Origin: a virus
IMG/VR virus record: IMGVR_UViG_3300045988_111022
DNA length: 64,000 nt
Strand: one strand, 5' to 3'
The notes below the pieces were generated by a model. It made no database searches, was not told the origin of the DNA, and saw only the letters and a list, made by a program, of their open reading frames with translations. Positions within the stretch are counted from its first letter, which is position 1. Every line of letters begins with the position of its first letter. Shown here piece after piece: positions 52,606 through 60,833 of this stretch. The translations under genes and the position numbers were made by a program.

Positions 52606-53717
52606 TGGCTAACTGGGGGCAAAAAGTCTATCCCTCGGACTACTCCGAAATCAAAGCCTTGCTCAAGGCTGAGATAGGGAGACGCGGGAAAACGGAGGGA
52701 ACAGCGCGAGGGCAGAGCGTCGGCAGCATGGCGAGCTATAACGACTCTGCATACGACTTCTCGACACAACCGAAAGCAGGCGCGTACATCAAAAACGAGC
52801 ACATCCAAAAAATTACGAAGCCTTTGGATGCAATCAAAGGAACATCGACTACGCCCGGGAATGGGGTGCAAATCACAGCGAGCAGGCTGAGTCAAGCAGC
52901 GGCGGTGTTGAGTGAGCTGAGCGCAATCCCGGAAACCGCTACATCAAGCGGGTGTGCTGGCCGCTGTTCAGGCCTATGTTCTACGGGATGCAATACGGCT
53001 TGCACGAGCTGTACAGGCTCCTGTACTGGGAGCTGCACAGGGTCTTGCGTGGCATCGTGCGCCAATGATTGCGCTGGCGGATGCAAGGGAAGCTGCCAGG
53101 GAACGTGCATGGGGTCCTGCACGGGAACCTGCACTAGAGCGTGTGCAAATAACTGCTCCAGCACTTGCACGGGGTCCTGTACGGGGTCCTGCACGGGTTC
53201 GTGTACGGGAACGTGCACAAAGGCGTGTGCGAATGATTGTGCCGGCACTTGCGCGGGGTCCTGTACGGGAAGCTGTACGGGAAGCTGCACTGGAAGTTGC
53301 ATCGGAGGCTGTAACACAACTTGCACGAAGAATTGCGCAAATAACTGTTCTGGTTCCTGCTCCGGCGGATGTTCGGGCGGCTGCTATGGTTCGTGTGATG
53401 GGTGCTCTTCGACTTGTGAGGGCGGCTGTGGAAGCAGCTGTTCTGATAATTGCTCAAGTAAATGTATCCAGCAATGCAGTTCGACGTGTGCGAATGACTG
53501 CTCCGGCAGCTGTGTGAACCTTGGTTGTGCATTCAACTGCGGAAGTGACTGCTCTAACCATTGCTCCGGCGGCTGTTCTGGAGGCTGTGGTTCTCAATGC
53601 AGAAGCGGCTGTGACGTCTTTTGCACGGGGTGCAGTTCAACGTGCGCAGATGACTGCTCCGGATCCTGCAGCGGTGGTTGTAGTGGCTGCTCTGGCTTCC
53701 TGTGGAGCAAATCGTGA
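52605..53717 (+). CDS. CXXX-repeat cysteine-ladder protein (putative rSAM substrate; fibre-module protein)
   Basis: 370 aa. After ~110 N-terminal residues there are 63 Cys, and 57 of the 62 Cys-Cys intervals are exactly 4 residues (CTGS, CSGG, CAND...). TAATG overlap with the fibre gene. Confidence 0.85.
   Translation: MANWGQKVYPSDYSEIKALLKAEIGRRGKTEGTARGQSVGSMASYNDSAYDFSTQPKAGAYIKNEHIQKITKPLDAIKGTSTTPGNGVQITASRLSQAAAVLSELSAIPETATSSGCAGRCSGLCSTGCNTACTSCTGSCTGSCTGSCVASCANDCAGGCKGSCQGTCMGSCTGTCTRACANNCSSTCTGSCTGSCTGSCTGTCTKACANDCAGTCAGSCTGSCTGSCTGSCIGGCNTTCTKNCANNCSGSCSGGCSGGCYGSCDGCSSTCEGGCGSSCSDNCSSKCIQQCSSTCANDCSGSCVNLGCAFNCGSDCSNHCSGGCSGGCGSQCRSGCDVFCTGCSSTCADDCSGSCSGGCSGCSGFLWSKS
52940..53700 (+). 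repeat. Degenerate 12-nt-period tandem repeat (coding, TGC-NNN-NNN-NNN)
   Basis: For example tgcacggggtcctgtacggggtcctgcacgggttcgtgtacgggaacgtgcac. Encodes the CXXX ladder. Confidence 0.85.
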
Positions 53718-53734
53718 TGAAAGGAGAAATCCAA

Positions 53735-54316
53735 ATGGAGACAACGCTTCATTTTGCACAGAATGCAGATGCAGGAACGGAAGAATCCTATCTCAGGAAT
53801 CTTCCGCTTCTGAAGCTGCTTGCAAAAGAGAACATTGAAGCAGACGATTGGAGCGTCCTGCTTGCGGCAACGCCGAATAATGAGGACAAGTTGTTGTGGT
53901 GTCTTGGTTACACGGGTACCCTCTGTGCGCTGGACGCAACGGACTTTGATGATTGGGTGGTTTACTGCTCTACGGTGGTTCTGTCTGCGCTGGAGGCGTG
54001 CGGGGTTGAAGCGCCCGATGAACGGAAGAATCTTCTGTCCATCGGGCTGGCGGCGCGCACATTCAATTTTTCTGGCAACCCGGTGACAAAAAATCTGAAA
54101 TGTGCAGAAACGATTCAAGGCGCGGCAAGCTATAACTGCACTGAGGATGCCGACATTTTTTCGATGTGGTATCTTTTGCAGGTGCTTACTGAGTATCTGC
54201 GGCTGGACTTCAACGGCAATCTCCGGGAACTGATTGACGCCATGAAAACCATGAACAAGATTCGTGACCGTTACCGTCAGATCGCAGACCGCCTCCCGAA
54301 GATGGATGCCTGCTAA
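53735..54316 (+). CDS. Hypothetical protein of the CXXX cassette (193 aa)
   Basis: ATG at 53735, 7 nt after AAAGGAG. No motif recognised. Confidence 0.65.
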   Translation: METTLHFAQNADAGTEESYLRNLPLLKLLAKENIEADDWSVLLAATPNNEDKLLWCLGYTGTLCALDATDFDDWVVYCSTVVLSALEACGVEAPDERKNLLSIGLAARTFNFSGNPVTKNLKCAETIQGAASYNCTEDADIFSMWYLLQVLTEYLRLDFNGNLRELIDAMKTMNKIRDRYRQIADRLPKMDAC

Positions 54317-54326
54317 GGAGAAGAAT

Positions 54327-54629
54327 ATGAAAGCCATTAAATTGACCACGGCGGAAAGCGAAGCGGTGGAGCGAGCTTACTATGAAGCAAGCTCTTTTGA
54401 AGCGCTGATGGCGGTTCTGTGCCGCCAGCTTAACGCGGATGCAAATCCGGAAACCGCAAAGGTGATCCGCCATTATGCAGAACTGTGCCGTGCGGCTCAA
54501 ATGAAGCTGAAGATGGTACAGGAAATGGTGATCTCCCGGTATCTTGACCATCAGACGTCGGCGGGTGTGCAGTACAGGTTTGATTTTGTTCGAGAGGAGG
54601 TCGTTCTCCTTGAAGCAACGGCGAATTGA
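54327..54629 (+). CDS. Small helical protein of the CXXX cassette (100 aa; possible modification-system partner)
   Basis: ATG at 54327, 6 nt after AAGGAG. Immediately upstream of the rSAM gene. Confidence 0.65.
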   Translation: MKAIKLTTAESEAVERAYYEASSFEALMAVLCRQLNADANPETAKVIRHYAELCRAAQMKLKMVQEMVISRYLDHQTSAGVQYRFDFVREEVVLLEATAN

Positions 54630-54642
54630 GGATTATGGAAAC

Positions 54643-55953
54643 ATGGTCCAAAGGCTGTATGCGCGCGATACTGCGGCTGAGAACCGCGTCTGTTGCCGGA
54701 ACATTACGTTCCAAGTGACAAGCGGGTGCAATCTCAGGTGCTCATACTGCTATGAGCACCACAAGAGCGTTGAGCGAATGAGCATCGAGACCGGGCGAAA
54801 GGTCGTAGATTACATCCTTGACCTGTACGAGAAAAATGAGTCCGATTTCGTAAATCAGAATACGCGGGCAGTTGTGCTGGATTTTATTGGCGGAGAGCCA
54901 TTGCTTGAAGCCGAACTGATTGAGCACATCTGCGACTACTGGTTCTCAGAGTGCTACCGCCGAGAGATTCCGCTTGCGCCGTTCACGAGGATCAGCTTTG
55001 CGACGAATGGCAAGTTGTGGTTTTCTTCGGCGGCGCAGCACCTGTTCGCAAAATACCATGAGATGATGTCTGTGACTGTCAGCATTGACGGCGTTCAAGA
55101 GTTGCATGACAAGTACAGAGTGGATGAGCATGGGATTGGCAGCTTTTCGCTGGCATGGAAGGCATTTCAGGCAGGAAAAAAGGATTTTGGGTGGCTTACG
55201 TCCAAGATGACCTTTGTTCCGGGATCTTTTCAGTACATTGCCGACAGCATCAAAATGATGCTGGATGAGGGATGCGTGGAAATCGCTTGCAACTACGCTT
55301 ACGAACCTGTCTACACTCCCGAAGATGGCCGTACACTGTATGAACAGATGCAGATGGTCTCTGACTACATTATTTCCCGACGAATGGATGTCACGATTAC
55401 GATGCTGGACGACCTTTTGGGCGGACAGGCTAAGGATGACAATAATTTCTGCGGCGGTACGGGAGCGATGCTGTCGTTTGCACCGGATGGGAGTGCCTAT
55501 CCCTGCATTCGGTACGCTCCGATTTCCATTGGCGAGGAAAAATCGCAGAAAGTCCGTTTCGGCAGCATCTATGATGGACTGTATGCCACGGATGCCCAGC
55601 GTCAGGCAAAAGCGGAATTGGATGCCATCACCCGTACATCTCAATCTCCGCAGGAGTGCTTAGAGTGCCCTGTATCAGCTGGCTGTGGCTGGTGTAGCGG
55701 CCTTAACTATGAATTATTCGGTACGGCCAATAAACGCTCCACAGCCATTTGTTGGGCGCACAAAGCGCGTGTTCTGGCAAGCTGTTACTATCACAATCGC
55801 CGTTATCTGGAAATCGGAGACCGTCTCCCAATCGAGGTGAGGCTTCCGGCCGAAGATGGGCTGAAGATTCTGCCCGCCGAGAAATGGGCGGAGCTGATGC
55901 ACATTGAGACAGCGGCGCTCATGAAGTTTGCTGATGAAGTCGGGATTAGTTGA
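54643..55953 (+). CDS. Radical SAM / SPASM-domain maturase (anSME-like architecture)
   Basis: TSGCNLRCSYCYEHH (CX3CX2C). C-terminal Cys clusters CGGTGAMLSFAPDGSAYPC and CLECPVSAGCGWCSG. Confidence 0.85.
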   Translation: MVQRLYARDTAAENRVCCRNITFQVTSGCNLRCSYCYEHHKSVERMSIETGRKVVDYILDLYEKNESDFVNQNTRAVVLDFIGGEPLLEAELIEHICDYWFSECYRREIPLAPFTRISFATNGKLWFSSAAQHLFAKYHEMMSVTVSIDGVQELHDKYRVDEHGIGSFSLAWKAFQAGKKDFGWLTSKMTFVPGSFQYIADSIKMMLDEGCVEIACNYAYEPVYTPEDGRTLYEQMQMVSDYIISRRMDVTITMLDDLLGGQAKDDNNFCGGTGAMLSFAPDGSAYPCIRYAPISIGEEKSQKVRFGSIYDGLYATDAQRQAKAELDAITRTSQSPQECLECPVSAGCGWCSGLNYELFGTANKRSTAICWAHKARVLASCYYHNRRYLEIGDRLPIEVRLPAEDGLKILPAEKWAELMHIETAALMKFADEVGIS

Positions 55954-55967
55954 AAGGAGGGAGCGCA

Positions 55968-56873
55968 ATGGCAATCCTCATTGCCGATACCAAGTTGGAG
56001 ACCGAAACCGATGCTTGGTATATGTTCTATGCTGACACAAAGGAAGACATACAAACATTGCCGACGAGTACATCTACAGGATCTTCTTATCGGGTAAGAA
56101 AGTATGCTCGACCGACGAGCGTTGCATACTGCATAGAAGAAGCAAGGCAGTATATGCTGGATAGCAAAGATCGGTGGCGCGCAATGTGCGGTCTTTCTGA
56201 TAGCGTTTTGGATGCCTTGAGTAAAAGTGCTGCAGAACTTTTGGCTATATGCAAGGACACGGAGAACTTTCGGGATGAAGCGGTGAAAAGTGCTGAAAAG
56301 GCAGAGAAAGATAAAGAAGCATCTGCTGCCAATGCTCTCGCTGCAGATAGAAGCGCGAAAAAAGCCAGTGAGAGCGAGGGCGTTGCTTCTCAAAAAGCAG
56401 AAAATGCGAAAGAAGCAGCAGAAGCTTCAAACAAATCCGCTGAAGAAGCATCGAAAAGTGCGGCAGGTGCACTTGCAAGTGAGCAGGCTGCGTCTGAGAG
56501 CGCACGACTTTCCTCTATTAGCGAAGCCGCTTCAAAAGATGCAATGAATGAGGCTAAAGATTTTTCAAATTCAGCGTCGAAATCTGCTAGAGAGGCTCTT
56601 GAATCAAAACGTGCTGCAGAAGACGCTGCCAATAGTGCCTCCGAATCCAGCCTTGCCGCCGCAAGTTCGGAGAGAGCGGCAACAGAAAAAGCGGCAGAAT
56701 CATCTGAACTGGCAATAAGGACCGAAAAAAATGCAGAGTTATCAAAAGAAAGCAGTGAAACGGCTATTAAAGCAGCTGCAGAAGCAAAGAAAGCTCTGTC
56801 AATGCTGTCATTCGCTTTTGGAATCGATGATGAGGGCCGTTTTTCGCTGTTTGCGAAAAAATCTATAACATAA
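55968..56873 (+). CDS. Ala/Ser/Glu-rich coiled-coil fibre-like protein
   Basis: GAAAGGAGGGAG RBS. Long SAxxA/KxAxEAxxS heptad-like low-complexity region. The N-terminal motif is shared with 50740-50985. Confidence 0.65.
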   Translation: MAILIADTKLETETDAWYMFYADTKEDIQTLPTSTSTGSSYRVRKYARPTSVAYCIEEARQYMLDSKDRWRAMCGLSDSVLDALSKSAAELLAICKDTENFRDEAVKSAEKAEKDKEASAANALAADRSAKKASESEGVASQKAENAKEAAEASNKSAEEASKSAAGALASEQAASESARLSSISEAASKDAMNEAKDFSNSASKSAREALESKRAAEDAANSASESSLAAASSERAATEKAAESSELAIRTEKNAELSKESSETAIKAAAEAKKALSMLSFAFGIDDEGRFSLFAKKSIT

Positions 56874-56888
56874 ATGGTTATAATCTAA

Positions 56889-56908
56889 CAAAAATGATAC
56901 GAACAGAT
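56889..56908 (+). promoter_or_regulatory. TATAAT followed by the ATCTAACAA half-site (internal promoter candidate)
   Basis: TATAAT at 56889-56894. ATCTAACAAAAATGAT at 56893-56908. Same -10/CTAACA juxtaposition as at 4403-4420 and 62399-62411. Confidence 0.35.
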
Positions 56909-56948
56909 GTTTTGTTGATATAATCGGCAATGGAAAGGGGAACGAGCA

Positions 56949-58679
56949 ATGGACGGTTGGGATTTTGTTGGTCATCCGGTGACGGATGAATCGGCAAAGG
57001 AAGCAATCGAGCAATTAAAAAGGCAAAACGACATTCTGACTGGCATAGCTGCCGGTAATGCTGGTGCTGAGTTCGTTGACGCAATCTTCGATGGCCTGTT
57101 GGATGGTCAGAACACGAGTGAGGTGTTCTGGAATTGGTGGCCACTGTCTACCGGAAACGGCGCGACAAAATACCAGCGCTTGGAGCGTTTCGCCAAGATG
57201 CTGGCCAAGTATACAAAAGGCAAAACCTACACCGTGCGCTTTTACGGCGATGATGTGAGTAGCGACTATACAGGCACTCCGCTGGATGACTTGGCGGACG
57301 GCCGTGAAGCTGCGCCGCTCCTGACGGATACAAGCCCTGAGACAGCGGATTGGTCTGAGGAAGACCCGTTTACATGGTATATCCGTGCGAATGCGCTTTC
57401 TCTGGAAGATGGCACCATGAATGTGCTGGCGCTGGAGGGCGAAGCAGAGTTTGACCTTTCGGGCGAGACGGCTCCCGTCTACTGCTTTGCGCTGGCGTTG
57501 ACCATGAAAGAATGGGAGGACGGCACCTATATCTATAACAGTTGGCGTACCTTCTCCGGCGGTGGCTATGAACCTATGGCTGGTGATGTAGCCCCGGACA
57601 AGAGCCGCCGCTGGCTGACATGGCACCCTGCGTTCCATGGCGGTAAAAATTCCAAGGGCGGCATGACCAGCGGTGCCGGACTGCCCCCGATGCCGTGGAC
57701 AAGCGCCAACGATGCCATCACTCTGGCTCGTAAAATCACGGCTTATGATGCCTTGTGGACTGACTGCGACCAGCAGTATGTTTTGGCTCAGTGGCGGCTG
57801 CGCCATTGGACGCTGAGCAACAGCGGCAAGCTGGAGGGCTGCACGTCCTACAATTACCAGTATACCCCGGCGGTGGCCGAGACCGGAGTAAAGCGTGTGC
57901 TTGCGACGAAAGCGCAGGGCGCAAACTTCCTCGTGGGTTCTGCGGTATGTATGGGCGAGCGCGGCGAAAATACCAGCACAGACCGCAATTTGTCCTATAA
58001 CCATGACATTTTCAACTGGGCCAAGATTTCCAGCATTACCAATGTGACCGTGAACGATACGGAGTATGTGGCTCTGAACCTTGAGCTGGATGCTCCCATT
58101 GACACCACAACCACAATGCTGGTCTCTACTATGCCGTGGGAGTCCGGCACGACTGAGGTGGTTCCGGGTCACAGCGATGGATGCCGTGGTAATCTGACGA
58201 ATGGCAAATATCCGTACCGCGTGGCGGGCATCGAGATGCAGATTGGCGCATACGTCGAGCAGCTGGACCCTCTGTGGAAAGCAAGCCTCGTCGATGATGA
58301 CCATTGGCATTACGATGTGTTCTCCTGCAAGAGCGGTGAGAAGCAGGTCGGTTCTATTTCTTCGGACTATGCCCAGACCGGCTCCTTCGACCTGAACGAC
58401 AAGGCAACTTGGTCGTGGCATTATATCCGCAAGCTGGGCAAGCTTGGCGCGGAAGCCATGATGTATGAAAAGTTCAATGGCAGTGGCTCCACCTATGTAC
58501 GGGCTGCGTTCATTTCGCCCGGTTCGGCGGGCGTGTACGCCCCTTGGCGCGGTGGCAACCTGGATGACGGTGCTAACTGCGGCCTGCCTTGTGCGAATGG
58601 CAACAATGGCCCCGGCACGGCGAACTGGAACGGTGTGCCTCGGCATGCTGATGATAAAATAGCCCTCAAAAGGGCATAA
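56949..58679 (+). CDS. Large distal fibre / receptor-binding-like protein (576 aa)
   Basis: Position in the module. C-terminus PWRGGNLDDGANCGLPCANGNNGPGTANWNGVPR resembles the Gly/Asn-rich lectin-like tips of phage fibres. Confidence 0.55.
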   Translation: MDGWDFVGHPVTDESAKEAIEQLKRQNDILTGIAAGNAGAEFVDAIFDGLLDGQNTSEVFWNWWPLSTGNGATKYQRLERFAKMLAKYTKGKTYTVRFYGDDVSSDYTGTPLDDLADGREAAPLLTDTSPETADWSEEDPFTWYIRANALSLEDGTMNVLALEGEAEFDLSGETAPVYCFALALTMKEWEDGTYIYNSWRTFSGGGYEPMAGDVAPDKSRRWLTWHPAFHGGKNSKGGMTSGAGLPPMPWTSANDAITLARKITAYDALWTDCDQQYVLAQWRLRHWTLSNSGKLEGCTSYNYQYTPAVAETGVKRVLATKAQGANFLVGSAVCMGERGENTSTDRNLSYNHDIFNWAKISSITNVTVNDTEYVALNLELDAPIDTTTTMLVSTMPWESGTTEVVPGHSDGCRGNLTNGKYPYRVAGIEMQIGAYVEQLDPLWKASLVDDDHWHYDVFSCKSGEKQVGSISSDYAQTGSFDLNDKATWSWHYIRKLGKLGAEAMMYEKFNGSGSTYVRAAFISPGSAGVYAPWRGGNLDDGANCGLPCANGNNGPGTANWNGVPRHADDKIALKRA

Positions 58680-58895
58680 GCGTTTCATTGCGCCTGTGGC
58701 TTGACCACTAAGATCATGTTATACCGACACCATGCAGCTGAGCGTTTCGAGAGATACGGACGCATTGGTGAGAGCGTGGCCGCAGTTTTTGGGACTGCGT
58801 GGCGGCGAGTAGTAGAAATCCGTTCTGCCTGATTTAAGGCCGGGGACGGCAACCGAAAGTCGTTGAACATCAGCAAGTTTGGAGGCTTTAAGGAT
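58680..58895 (+). other. Structured non-coding leader upstream of the RT (candidate ncRNA)
   Basis: 216 nt without a credible ORF. Imperfect hairpins: ACACCATGC...GCATTGGTG (about 58726-58772), GGCCGCAG-TTTTTGGGA-CTGCGTGGC, CCGTTCTGCC...GGCCGGGGACGG. Confidence 0.35.
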
Positions 58896-60140
58896 ATGAA
58901 AACAAAGAGGTTCTTACAGCTCACGCACGCAATGTGTGAGCAGGCTGTCCTTGAAGCGTTTGATAAAAAATGGTTCCGCCGGGATTACCTCGCCACGGTG
59001 GAGAAATATGGAGGTGTGAGCCGTGCAGAATTATCGCGCGCCGCCCGGTTAAACGACTGGAATCTGCGTTTGGAAGTAGTGAACAGCATTGCTCTCGAAA
59101 TGGAACAACGCGTGGAAGACCTTGTGGAAGGCGAGACGGACGACCTCGACCTTGAACCTGTGAGCGTATTTTATCGAATTGATGGGATCAGCATGAAACG
59201 GCGTGAGCTGTCCAACTGCTGCCCGATGCACCAAGCCTTTGGACATTTGGCGGTGATTGGACTGCGGCCGCTGCTTCGCGCAAAATTGCTTCCGTATCAA
59301 TTCGCCAGCATCCCCGGAAAGGGGCAGATTGCTCTAAAACGTCAGGTTGAGCGTTGGCTTCGCAGGAAAAGCCTTGGAATTCAACACGCAGTCAAGCTGG
59401 ATGTGCAGGGAGCGTATGCCCATACGAAACAGGCTGTCGTGATGGATATTCTGCGGCGTGAGATTCCGGGTGCGACATGGTTGCTGGCGGTCATCAAATG
59501 CTTGCTAGCGATGGCACCGGGCGAGGGACTGCTCATTGGCGGATACCTCGAAGCGTGGCTTTTCAACCTTGTTGCCAGCTATATGCTGGTAAAGGTGTTG
59601 AGCTATGCAAAGACTCGCCGAGGAGCGTCTACGCCGTTTGTGACCCGCAGCGGCAGCTATATGGACGACCTTGTTCTACTTGGGCGACGATGGGCCGATA
59701 TACAAAGTGCGGCCCGGAAATTGACTAAGTGGGCGCTGGCTGAATTTGGGCTGACCATAAAAACCGAGTGGGTTCGGGTGGATTTTCTAAGCGCGGCTGA
59801 AGAACATCAGCGCCGACACATGACTGGAGCGGCGAAAGGGTGTCCGGGCTTGGATATGGCTGGCTATGTGATGCACCGTACCTACACCACGATACGCCCC
59901 AGAATTTTTCTGAGGGCTCGGCGGCAGTACATTCGAGCCAAGGCTGATGTTTCACGAAATGGATATGTGCCGGTCTGGCGGTCATACAAGCTGGTCAGCT
60001 ATAACGGCTATTTTGACTGGACAAAATCTCGTGCAATCAGCGAAGCCCTAAAACAGAAAAAGCTGTTCACGGCCGCAAAAGTAGCAATCCGCGTAACGGC
60101 ACAAAGAAATGCAATGAAGAAAGTGAGGATAGCAGCATGA
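58896..60140 (+). CDS. Reverse transcriptase (unclassified; non-canonical motif 4)
   Basis: RT motifs: SIPGKGQIALKR (1/2), KLDVQGAYAH (A/3), GLLIGGYLEAWLFNL (B/4; no SQ), SYMDDLVLLG (C/5, YxDD), GLTIKTEW (D/6). GGAGG RBS. ATGA overlap with the next gene. Confidence 0.8.
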   Translation: MKTKRFLQLTHAMCEQAVLEAFDKKWFRRDYLATVEKYGGVSRAELSRAARLNDWNLRLEVVNSIALEMEQRVEDLVEGETDDLDLEPVSVFYRIDGISMKRRELSNCCPMHQAFGHLAVIGLRPLLRAKLLPYQFASIPGKGQIALKRQVERWLRRKSLGIQHAVKLDVQGAYAHTKQAVVMDILRREIPGATWLLAVIKCLLAMAPGEGLLIGGYLEAWLFNLVASYMLVKVLSYAKTRRGASTPFVTRSGSYMDDLVLLGRRWADIQSAARKLTKWALAEFGLTIKTEWVRVDFLSAAEEHQRRHMTGAAKGCPGLDMAGYVMHRTYTTIRPRIFLRARRQYIRAKADVSRNGYVPVWRSYKLVSYNGYFDWTKSRAISEALKQKKLFTAAKVAIRVTAQRNAMKKVRIAA

Positions 60141-60469
60141 TTTTTATCGAGAACCTTGACCATAATCCGCAGGCAGTAACGCTGGAAAAACTGCCGGATG
60201 GTACGGCTTGGCTGTACCTGCGTAAGGACGCTCATGAGGTGCGAACCGAGGCTCCCGAAGGAGAGCAGGGCGGTACTTCGTGGGAATGCACCACGGCGCT
60301 TTGTAAGTTGGGCGCTGATTATACGGAGGAGACCGAAGAGAGCATCACGGCTGCAGCTGATGATTGGTGGGTCTATGCAGAAGCGTGGACGACTGCCGAT
60401 GACGCTGCGCCCTCTCTGGAAGAGCGAGTGAGCGTGCTGGAAACCATGTTCATGGGAGGTGAGCTGTAA
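60137..60469 (+). CDS. Hypothetical protein (XkdW-position)
   Basis: 110 aa. Translationally coupled to the RT and to the XkdX-like ORF. Confidence 0.55.
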   Translation: MIFIENLDHNPQAVTLEKLPDGTAWLYLRKDAHEVRTEAPEGEQGGTSWECTTALCKLGADYTEETEESITAAADDWWVYAEAWTTADDAAPSLEERVSVLETMFMGGEL

Positions 60470-60609
60470 TGGGCAAGGAGCAATTTTATCGCACCATGTA
60501 TCGCATGAAGAAAATCACCGCCGTTGGCGTATGGGAAAAAGTGGATGAGGGCGAACTGACGAAAGCTCAGGCACTCCGCATCTGCGGCCCGCGTCCGAAA
60601 GAGTCCTGA
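60469..60609 (+). CDS. XkdX-like small protein (46 aa, not in track)
   Basis: TAATG overlap. MGKEQFYRTMYRMKKITAVGVWEKVDEGELTKAQALRICG fits the XkdX pattern. Confidence 0.55.
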   Translation: MGKEQFYRTMYRMKKITAVGVWEKVDEGELTKAQALRICGPRPKES

Positions 60610-60625
60610 CGGGAAGGTGCTTTGA

Positions 60626-60781
60626 TTGAGCCGAGAACAAAAGCTCGAAGCTCTATTGGCATCTGCGGTTCATCTTCTGGATTGCTGGGAGGATATTTCA
60701 GTTGAGACAGGAGAAGAGCCGGAAAATTATGGTGAGCAGAGAGCAATCCTGCAAGCCGAATACGATGCTATAAAGTGTTGA
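60626..60781 (+). CDS. Small ORF (51 aa, TTG start, not in track)
   Basis: GGGAAGGTG upstream. MSREQKLEALLASAVHLLDCWEDISVETGEEPENYGEQRAILQAEYDAIKC. Followed by a terminator. Confidence 0.35.
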   Translation: MSREQKLEALLASAVHLLDCWEDISVETGEEPENYGEQRAILQAEYDAIKC

Positions 60782-60785
60782 GAGA

Positions 60786-60816
60786 AGCCGTGCTGATGGT
60801 CAGCACGGCTTTTTTG
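60786..60816 (+). terminator. Strong rho-independent terminator before the lysis genes
   Basis: AGCCGTGCTGA-TGG-TCAGCACGGCT (11-bp stem) followed by TTTTTT. Confidence 0.85.
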
Positions 60817-60833
60817 TTTGAAATGGAGGTGGA

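Noticed and set aside
52940-53700. CRISPR-like or satellite repeat array
   Set aside because: The periodicity is 12 nt and degenerate. It lies entirely in-frame in a long ORF encoding CXXX units, and there are no spacers or leader. It is a coding repeat.
56949-60140. Canonical diversity-generating retroelement (fibre gene with a lectin-like C-terminal VR, plus TR, plus RT)
   Set aside because: By eye I found no ~100-nt repeat of the fibre 3' end (58480-58679) in the RT leader, downstream of the RT, or elsewhere. There is no Avd-like gene. RT motif 4 lacks the DGR-typical SQ (it reads IGGYLEAW). This needs a computational TR/VR scan to be fully excluded.
58680-60140. Group II intron or retron interpretation of the RT
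   Set aside because: There is no maturase/X or endonuclease domain and no domain V-like hairpin or GUGYG 5' end. The RT is ~100 aa longer than retron RTs, lacks the VTG motif, and has no obvious a1/a2 inverted repeats flanking the leader.
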